A DNA stretch of 5,265 bases from Candidatus Iainarchaeum sp. (lineage in GTDB: Archaea > Iainarchaeota > Iainarchaeia > Iainarchaeales > 0-14-0-20-30-16): positions 1 to 5,265 of the forward strand of contig CAIWXP010000096.1 of NCBI GenBank assembly GCA_903916665.1, written 5' to 3'. A program made the translations under genes and the position numbers. Below the pieces are notes generated by a model. It was not told the DNA's origin and did no database searches. It saw only the letters and a list, made by a program, of their open reading frames with translations. Below are positions 1 through 5,241 of this stretch, piece by piece; position 1 is the stretch's first letter; each line of letters opens with the position of its first letter.

Positions 1-301
1 AATAAAAAAATAAAAAGAATATTGTTAATCCTAAAAACAAATTGGTTAATAATTTAAAAGATAGATCCAAATTATGTAATAATATATTTAGACCATAAAC
101 TAAATATGTAAAACCAATTCTATAGGCAAACGGGGCTTCGTGGTTCAATTGCATAGCCCCAAAAGGATTGGCAGCCATAGAAATATATTTATATAAATCT
201 GTTCCTGCATAACTAATTGGCTTATTAATTAAGAAATTTGACAAGATTAATATTCCTAAAATAAGCAATATTACAGAAATATATTCTTTTTTAAATTGCA
301 T
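1..301 (-). CDS. Polytopic membrane protein, N-terminal 100 codons only (the 3' end runs off the left edge). Possibly a GT-C-type (ArnT/PMT_2-like) glycosyltransferase that uses a lipid-linked sugar.
   Basis: This ORF is not in the supplied track. The minus-strand ATG is at 301..299. I checked every in-frame triplet down to position 2 and found no stop. Hand translation: MQFKKEYISVILLILGILILSNFLINKPISYAGTDLYKYISMAANPFGAMQLNHEAPFAYRIGFTYLVYGLNILLHNLDLSFKLLTNLFLGLTIFFLFFY... An AGGTG motif at 313..309 lies 7 nt upstream of the ATG and overlaps the TAG stop of the upstream HAD gene. The protein starts with a TM helix, followed by a loop carrying an Asp/aromatic patch (GTDLYKY) and then further hydrophobic helices. 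That layout is typical of GT-C enzymes, but the functional call is speculative. Confidence 0.6.
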   Translation of the reverse strand, partial: MQFKKEYISVILLILGILILSNFLINKPISYAGTDLYKYISMAANPFGAMQLNHEAPFAYRIGFTYLVYGLNILLHNLDLSFKLLTNLFLGLTIFFLFFY

Positions 302-308
302 TTACAAA

Positions 309-313
309 CACCT
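309..313 (-). promoter_or_regulatory. Shine-Dalgarno-like AGGTG for the truncated downstream membrane-protein gene
   Basis: The minus strand reads TAGGTGTTTGTAAATG. AGGTG shares two bases with the HAD stop codon TAG (314..312) and lies 7 nt upstream of the ATG at 301. Confidence 0.55.
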
Positions 314-764
314 AAATTAATTTTTCCAACACCCTTTCTAAATCTAAAATAGAATTAATTTTATAATTAGGTTTAAAATAAATCATTTTCTTTTTTCCAT
401 TGGTAACTAAAATACTTTTTATTCCTGATAGCTTAGCAACCAGAATATCTGTATATTGTTTATCGCCAACTATCACTGCTTGATCTTTAGTTATATTTAA
501 ATCCTTTAAAATTCTATGAATTTTATTTGGTAGTGGTTTTCTATTTACAAAAAAATCAGGAGTATAAACTTTATAAAATAAAGATTCATAGTTTGCTTTC
601 TTAATTCGCTCTAATATTTTATATTTAAAACCATTTGATAATAATATCAACTTATATTTCTTCTTTAATTGTTCTAACATTAACTTAACTTTTCCAGTAT
701 TAATTGTTTTAACATGCACAGGATATATTGTATCATCCAAATCAAATATAATTACTTTAACCAT
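312..764 (-). CDS. HAD-superfamily phosphatase, small-cap subfamily IIIA type (YqeG/Gep4-like), about 150 aa
   Basis: All four HAD motifs are readable. Motif I is FDLDDT (DxDxT), motif II is LLSNG, motif III is the Lys in NRKPLP, and motif IV is VGDKQYTDI (GDxxxxD). Only about 25 residues separate motifs I and II, indicating a minimal cap. The ORF-track start at 794 is a TTG, since 792..794 reads caa on the plus strand. I prefer the ATG at 764..762 because it places DxD at residues 8-10, as is usual for HAD enzymes. It is also preceded by GGTGA (774..770) with a 5-nt spacer. The stop is TAG at 314..312. Confidence 0.85.
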   Translation of the reverse strand: MVKVIIFDLDDTIYPVHVKTINTGKVKLMLEQLKKKYKLILLSNGFKYKILERIKKANYESLFYKVYTPDFFVNRKPLPNKIHRILKDLNITKDQAVIVGDKQYTDILVAKLSGIKSILVTNGKKKMIYFKPNYKINSILDLERVLEKLI

Positions 765-1749
765 TCTTTTCACCAATTTTTTCTTTTTTTCCAAAATAAT
801 CTTTTATTTCTTTGTAATCTATATCAACTGCTTTCTTACCCAAATAAAAGAAACCTAAAAATAACCACAGCCAATAGCTTAAAAGTCTTTCTACTAGCAT
901 TCCTGAAAATGCAATACTTGAAGGCAACCCAAAATAAGTAAAGACTGCTACAGCTCCACCTTCAAATACTCCCAATCCTCCTGGCAAAATAAAAACAATT
1001 GCTAATAGATAGGATAATGAAATTATTCCCGCAATTAACCAAAAATTAACCGAAAAACCAAACATATAAAATATTAACCAAACTCTTGCAAAATCAATAA
1101 ACAAACGTAAAACAGAATATAAGAATGCAACAAACATTGCGTTTTTATTTACAATTATTACTTTTGAACTTGTAATATATTCTGATAAATAATTACTTAT
1201 TCTTTTTAATTTCAATTTATTAGTAATTGATATTATTGATTTTTTAACAAAATTTGAAACAAACATTAAAATTAAGAATAATACGGCTACTGAAAATAAT
1301 ATTCCTACCAAATAGGCAAACCTAACTTGACTAGAATATAAAAAAGAAGTAGCAATTACAATAATACCAAAAATCAATATTTCCAAAATTCTTTCAACAG
1401 ACACGGCCGCAAATACTTTACTTAATTGTACCTTTAATAATTGTTTTAATGCAAATACTCTTGCCAATTCTCCAAATGCTCTTGAAGGCATAATAAAGGC
1501 TATTGCTTGACCAATTGCATAGTTCTTAAACATTCCTTTTGATACTTGTTCACCACAGGCTTTAAATAAAACATTAGCTCTTAAAACTTGCAAATAATAT
1601 TCTATAAAAATAGATATAATTATAACCGGCAACAACCATAATTTTGCATTTTTAAATGCATCAATTATACTTTGAAATCCAATATAATAGCCAATTGCCA
1701 ATATTAACATTATTCCTAATAAATATGGCACCATTGATTTAATCTTCAT
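757..1749 (-). CDS. LPG_synthase_TM / UPF0104 family membrane protein (flippase-like domain, as in the MprF N-terminal region), about 330 aa
   Basis: The protein is multi-pass and hydrophobic. It carries family-typical blocks: LRANVLFKACGEQVSKGMFKNYAIGQAIAFIMPSRAFGELARVFAL, AAVSVERILEIL, and a C-terminal LPGGLGVFEGGAVAVFTYFGLP...VERLLSYW. I moved the start from the ORF-track 1785 to the ATG at 1749..1747 (MKIKSMVPYLLG...). The extra 12 codons (MHFLLLRSSCDS) lie wholly inside the SDR gene. The ATG at 1749 sits 4 nt after the SDR stop and behind GTGAT (1757..1753). The stop is TAA at 759..757, overlapping the HAD ATG by 8 nt (AATGGTTAA). Confidence 0.8.
   Translation of the reverse strand: MKIKSMVPYLLGIMLILAIGYYIGFQSIIDAFKNAKLWLLPVIIISIFIEYYLQVLRANVLFKACGEQVSKGMFKNYAIGQAIAFIMPSRAFGELARVFALKQLLKVQLSKVFAAVSVERILEILIFGIIVIATSFLYSSQVRFAYLVGILFSVAVLFLILMFVSNFVKKSIISITNKLKLKRISNYLSEYITSSKVIIVNKNAMFVAFLYSVLRLFIDFARVWLIFYMFGFSVNFWLIAGIISLSYLLAIVFILPGGLGVFEGGAVAVFTYFGLPSSIAFSGMLVERLLSYWLWLFLGFFYLGKKAVDIDYKEIKDYFGKKEKIGEKNG
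770..774 (-). promoter_or_regulatory. Shine-Dalgarno-like GGTGA for the HAD phosphatase gene
   Basis: The minus strand reads TTGGTGAAAAGAATGGTTAA. GGTGA lies 5 nt upstream of the ATG at 764 and sits inside the last codons of the upstream membrane-protein gene. Confidence 0.6.
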
Positions 1750-1752
1750 AGA

Positions 1753-1757
1753 ATCAC
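1753..1757 (-). promoter_or_regulatory. Shine-Dalgarno-like GTGAT for the flippase-like membrane-protein gene
   Basis: The minus strand reads ATGTGATTCTATGAAG. GTGAT overlaps the SDR stop TGA (1756..1754) and lies 3 nt from the ATG at 1749. Aligned to the GGAGGTGATC series, the spacing is equivalent to the other junctions. Confidence 0.45.
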
Positions 1758-2884
1758 ATGAACTTCTTAACAACAGAAAGTGCACCTTGTTTCCAGCATA
1801 TTCTATGAGTTACACCAGAACCTTCAACAATGCTTTCTTTATTGTCTAAATACCATTGATAGGCTCTTATTAATGCCTGAGAAGTACTATATTTTGCTTT
1901 CCAACCTAATTGTTTTCTAAGTTTATCAACAGAAACAAATGAATCTTTATCTGCTGTGCCATAAACCCATTTATACAAAGGTGACAATTGCAAAAACTCT
2001 AAAGTAGCTAATGTTGGTTTAACAAACCAAGCAGGAGTATGCATTACCTTTGAACCTGTTTTTGCATAGTTTATCAAATCACCTAAAATATTATCAACAA
2101 TATCAAACTTTTCTGAGCCCACATTAAAAGTATCATTTGCTTTTTTACTTGGAGCAGTTAATGCCAAATCTATTGCATGTACTAGATCATCAACTTCTAA
2201 CAATTGAAATAGATTTTTTCCATTACCAATAGAAGGTATTTTTTTACCACACTCTACCCAATCATAGAGTATTTGAAATACGCCTAATCTTGCTGTACCA
2301 ATAAATGTTTTTGGTCTTAAAATAGGAACAATCATTCCTTTCTTTCTAAACTCTTCAACAACTTTCTCTCCGGCAATTTTACTTTTACCATAATTTCCTA
2401 CACCTATCATAGGATTAGTTTCATATAGTGGATGCACTTTAGGTACACCATAAACGGCAGTGGATGAAATAAATACTGTTCTAGGAACATTAAATTTTTT
2501 TGCAACTTTTAATACATTTCTTGTACCTTCAACATTTGTACTAAATATATCTGCCTTTTTCCACAATGGCAAAGCAGCAGCAGCATGTATTATTAGATCT
2601 ATTTTGTTTTCTTTAAAGAGTTTCTCTAAACCTTTAACATCTCTAACATCTGTATCATAAAGTTTTGCATTTTTAGGATATTCATCAACAGGATAATTTG
2701 CAATATCTAAAAAAATCAAATTATACTTATGTCTTAATCTTTGAGATATATGATAACCTAGAAAACCAGCACCACCAGTAACTAAAATAGTTTTCTTTAT
2801 TCCTTTAAAGTTCTCAATATCATCATATTTTTCTTTAAACTTGCCAGTACCTAATTTGTAAGTATTTGTTTTTTCATAATTCAT
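1754..2884 (-). CDS. NAD(P)-dependent epimerase/dehydratase, extended SDR family, about 376 aa
   Basis: The Rossmann motif is ILVTGGAGFLG (GxxGxxG), followed by an acidic residue at the end of beta-2 (FLDI). Other SDR blocks are HAAAALP, the catalytic Ser block FISSTAVYG, the catalytic YGKSK (YxxxK), and LRPKTFIGT. A long C-terminal substrate-binding region ends in LGWKAKYSTSQALIRAYQWYL, which is typical of extended SDRs. I prefer the ATG at 2884..2882 (MNYEK...) to the ORF-track 2902. It is preceded by AGGTG (2894..2890) with a 5-nt spacer and does not overlap the UbiA gene. The stop is TGA at 1756..1754. Confidence 0.9.
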   Translation of the reverse strand: MNYEKTNTYKLGTGKFKEKYDDIENFKGIKKTILVTGGAGFLGYHISQRLRHKYNLIFLDIANYPVDEYPKNAKLYDTDVRDVKGLEKLFKENKIDLIIHAAAALPLWKKADIFSTNVEGTRNVLKVAKKFNVPRTVFISSTAVYGVPKVHPLYETNPMIGVGNYGKSKIAGEKVVEEFRKKGMIVPILRPKTFIGTARLGVFQILYDWVECGKKIPSIGNGKNLFQLLEVDDLVHAIDLALTAPSKKANDTFNVGSEKFDIVDNILGDLINYAKTGSKVMHTPAWFVKPTLATLEFLQLSPLYKWVYGTADKDSFVSVDKLRKQLGWKAKYSTSQALIRAYQWYLDNKESIVEGSGVTHRICWKQGALSVVKKFM

Positions 2885-2889
2885 AGTAA

Positions 2890-2894
2890 CACCT
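2890..2894 (-). promoter_or_regulatory. Shine-Dalgarno-like AGGTG for the SDR gene
   Basis: The minus strand reads TAGGTGTTACTATG. AGGTG shares bases with the UbiA stop TAG (2895..2893) and lies 5 nt upstream of the ATG at 2884. The TAGGTGTT string is the same as at the HAD/downstream-gene junction. Confidence 0.6.
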
Positions 2895-3741
2895 AAAACC
2901 ATTTATATTTATACATTGCAAACAAAAATAATAATAACCATAAAAATGCAAGCAAAACTAGATCTAACTTAAAGAATGTTTTTTCGCCATGTCTTGCAAC
3001 ATCAATATTTCTTATAACCAATGAAAAATATCTTAATAATAATAAAGTAAAAACAGGAACTGTTGCTAAAAACCAATAGCCACTATGTTCAATAATTATA
3101 TAAACTGAGTAAAATATTACTAAGATTGCCAAAAACACAATCATAAACATTTGCATTAATTCGGGAGTGTAAAACTCCAATAATTTTCTATTCTTTTGAA
3201 GACCTTCTTTTGATTCACCATATCTTTTTGCAAAAACAAAGAACATAGCTAAAAAGAAAATTCCCAGAATAAACCATTCACTTATGTATATGTGTAATAT
3301 AATCGCACCACAAATTGCTCGAATCATAAAATTTATTGCAATAACTATAATATCTATAAAAACTTTATGTTTCAACCAAATTGAATATAAAAAAGTCAAT
3401 ACAAACAATAATAATAATAAAACAAAGAACAATGGATTTAACACATATCCAATTATTAATGATGCCAATAATAAAATAACTGCAAATACTATTGCCAAAG
3501 GTATAGATACTTTTCCTGCTGCAATGGGCCTTTTACTTTTGGTTTTATCTAACTTATCCTTTTCTTTATCAAAGATATCATTTATTATATAATTAGTTGA
3601 AGATATCAAACATAAAGCAAAAAATCCTAAAACTAAGCTTAAATACTGATTCCCTGTTAAATCAAACCCAAAGAAGATTAAAGGCAAAAAAACTAATATA
3701 TTCTTGTACCATTGATAAACTCTTAACAATTTAGAAATCAT
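2893..3741 (-). CDS. UbiA-family prenyltransferase of the polyprenyl-phosphate 5-phosphoribosyltransferase (DPPR synthase, Rv3806c-like) subfamily, 282 aa
   Basis: The first Asp-rich motif NDIFDKEKD (nt 3556..3582) is followed by KSKRPIAAG. The N-terminal block is LLRVYQWYKNILVFLPLIFFG. Further blocks are WLKHKVFIDIIVIAINFMIRAICG...SEWFILGIFFLAMFFVFAKRYGE, then LLEFYTPE, then WFLATVPVFTLLLLRY. These line up block for block with my recollection of M. tuberculosis Rv3806c (RPRQWVKNVLV, NDVRDVEADREHPTKRFRPIAAG, LKHQ...YLIRAIAGG...KWFLL...AGKRYAEL, LESYT, ILRYA). The protein has about 8-9 hydrophobic helices. The start ATG is at 3741..3739, behind GTGAT. The stop is TAG at 2895..2893. Confidence 0.85.
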   Translation of the reverse strand: MISKLLRVYQWYKNILVFLPLIFFGFDLTGNQYLSLVLGFFALCLISSTNYIINDIFDKEKDKLDKTKSKRPIAAGKVSIPLAIVFAVILLLASLIIGYVLNPLFFVLLLLLFVLTFLYSIWLKHKVFIDIIVIAINFMIRAICGAIILHIYISEWFILGIFFLAMFFVFAKRYGESKEGLQKNRKLLEFYTPELMQMFMIVFLAILVIFYSVYIIIEHSGYWFLATVPVFTLLLLRYFSLVIRNIDVARHGEKTFFKLDLVLLAFLWLLLFLFAMYKYKWF

Positions 3742-3746
3742 AATGA

Positions 3747-3751
3747 ATCAC
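3747..3751 (-). promoter_or_regulatory. Shine-Dalgarno-like GTGAT for the UbiA-family gene
   Basis: The minus strand reads CAGTGATTCATTATG. GTGAT overlaps the flippase stop TGA (3750..3748) and lies 5 nt upstream of the ATG at 3741. Confidence 0.5.
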
Positions 3752-5241
3752 TGTATATCAATATTATCTACTTGTCCTTTCTTAAACTTATTCTTTAATC
3801 CATTCCAAATAAGTTTTACTATTTTGTGTTCTTTTTCTATTTTCCATAAAATAGGACAATATAAAATAATAAATAAAACTGTTTGAATGATTTTAACCCA
3901 ATAATAACTAAATATGCTAAACAACCAATAATGTGCTAAAATCCATAATAACCCATAACAGCTCAATGCATAAAAAAATGGCCAGATATAATCAATTATT
4001 TCTTTTAATGATAACCCCCAAGACCCCAAAATATATTTGTATCCTATTAGATTTACAAAAAAACCAAAAAAGAAATAAGCTATACAAATAGAATATGCAA
4101 TATAAATGGGAGCCAATTTGAAATAAATTATTAATAAATTTGTAATAATTTCTAATACTATAAAAATTGCAGTTATTAGAAATAGTTTTAATTCGTTATT
4201 TTTTGCAATATAATAATCGTTTATTAAAACCGGGAAAAATATATATCCCAACATCAAAATATACATATATTTTATTCCAGAACTATACTTAGGAAAGAAG
4301 ATATCAACTATTATTGGCAACAAAAATAAAGCAATAAAAATTATAAAGTAGCTAAATTGCATTACCAATTTATATGGTTGTAATATTAATGTTTTAATTT
4401 TAGAATTATTATCAACATTTTGATAAATATTTGGAATTATAGGAGTTAACAAAGTAGATACTAAAAAATTTAATAAATTGCTAAAAAACATGCCAACTGA
4501 ATATAATCCTAATTCTGTTACTCCATAACCCAGCCAAATTGATATATTATCAACAGTAGACAGGATTATCAATGAATATTTTAATATAAATAAATTAAAC
4601 CCCGCTTTAATAAATAACCAATATTCTCGTAATTTAAAAATAAACTTTGGTTTATAATCTAATTTTGGATATATTAAAAATATAACTATAATTCCAGAAA
4701 CTAGAGATCCTAAGAAAAAACCAATCACCCCAAAAAAATAACTAAAAAATATTATAATTATGGTTGATAATATTGCTCCAATAAAATTATATTTTGCCAA
4801 TAATCTAAAATTTTGTTTTGATTGTAATATAATTGATATAATATTGTTATAAAAGGAAACAATTATCAATAAACTAACAATAAGAATGGACCACTTATAG
4901 ATTGGATTATTAACTAAAAAAATCTCAATTATTATTCCCAAAATAAACAAAATCAAAGAAAGCACAGAAATAATGCTAAATATTAAATTAGTATAGTTAT
5001 CCCTAGATTTTACATTTGATAATTCTGTTAATTGCCTTTTTTTACTAAAGGTATCAATAGTACCTAAATGAGCATTATTTCCATAACTATAATACAATTG
5101 AATACTACTTTTTATACCATAATATGTTGGTCCAAAAAGATTTGCAATAAATATTGTTTGTATTGCTTGAAGAAATCTAACAACAATATTGGATAATATA
5201 TTGTAAATGGTATTTTTCAATATTTTCTTTTTTATAGTCAT
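3748..5241 (-). CDS. MOP-superfamily polysaccharide/oligosaccharide flippase (Wzx-like, Polysacc_synt type), 497 aa
   Basis: This is a very hydrophobic protein of about 500 aa with roughly 12-14 helices by eye. Its N-terminus is typical of the family (KKILKNTIYNILSNIVVRFLQAIQTIFIANLFGPTYYGI). A mid-protein block reads LGLYSVGMFFSNLLNFLVSTLLTPIIPNIYQ, and the tail is basic and cytoplasmic. The ATG is at 5241..5239 and the stop TGA is at 3750..3748. It is the first gene of the operon, and no SD-like motif is visible in the 24 nt of upstream sequence available. Confidence 0.8.
   Translation of the reverse strand: MTIKKKILKNTIYNILSNIVVRFLQAIQTIFIANLFGPTYYGIKSSIQLYYSYGNNAHLGTIDTFSKKRQLTELSNVKSRDNYTNLIFSIISVLSLILFILGIIIEIFLVNNPIYKWSILIVSLLIIVSFYNNIISIILQSKQNFRLLAKYNFIGAILSTIIIIFFSYFFGVIGFFLGSLVSGIIVIFLIYPKLDYKPKFIFKLREYWLFIKAGFNLFILKYSLIILSTVDNISIWLGYGVTELGLYSVGMFFSNLLNFLVSTLLTPIIPNIYQNVDNNSKIKTLILQPYKLVMQFSYFIIFIALFLLPIIVDIFFPKYSSGIKYMYILMLGYIFFPVLINDYYIAKNNELKLFLITAIFIVLEIITNLLIIYFKLAPIYIAYSICIAYFFFGFFVNLIGYKYILGSWGLSLKEIIDYIWPFFYALSCYGLLWILAHYWLFSIFSYYWVKIIQTVLFIILYCPILWKIEKEHKIVKLIWNGLKNKFKKGQVDNIDIQ

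Noticed and set aside
132-160. The most G+C-rich patch in the window, with an inverted repeat of GGGGCT (132-137) and AGCCCC (155-160) around a 17-nt loop
   Set aside because: The stem is only 6 bp with a large loop, and it lies inside the coding frame (PFGAMQLNHEAPF). There is no following T-tract on either strand. It is best explained by constrained codons for a conserved Pro/Gly/Ala motif, not by a terminator or RNA element.
779-790. A AAA AAA heptamer as a possible -1 programmed frameshift site
   Set aside because: The -1 frame reads AGA AAA AAT TGG TGA and terminates after four codons. No meaningful product results, and no downstream stimulatory structure is evident.
714-941. Plus-strand 75-aa ORF from the six-frame track
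   Set aside because: It lies entirely antisense to two well-supported minus-strand genes. The product is low-complexity and domain-free, with no ribosome-binding motif. Such shadow ORFs are expected in AT-rich DNA.
1750-1785. Longer N-terminus (MHFLLLRSSCDS) of the flippase-like protein, and likewise the long starts at 2902 (SDR) and 794 (a TTG, for HAD)
   Set aside because: The extensions overlap the upstream genes and add non-conserved residues. Each bypasses an ATG that has a properly spaced GGTGAT-series motif, so the shorter starts are preferred. They cannot be proven without conservation or proteomic data.
2460-2660. Plus-strand 66-aa ORF from the six-frame track
   Set aside because: It is antisense to the conserved core of the SDR gene and shows no recognisable motif. 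It is a shadow ORF.
3407-3420. A short AAT microsatellite, (AAT)4 plus two bases
   Set aside because: It encodes the Leu run in FVLLLLLFVLTF of a transmembrane helix (TTA codons). It is too short to count as a repeat feature and is expected at this base composition.
3284-3592. Plus-strand 102-aa ORF containing an Asn-rich run (NTNNNNNKTKNN)
   Set aside because: It is antisense to the UbiA-family gene. The Asn run is just the complement of Leu/Phe TTA/TTG codons encoding a transmembrane helix, so it is not a real gene.
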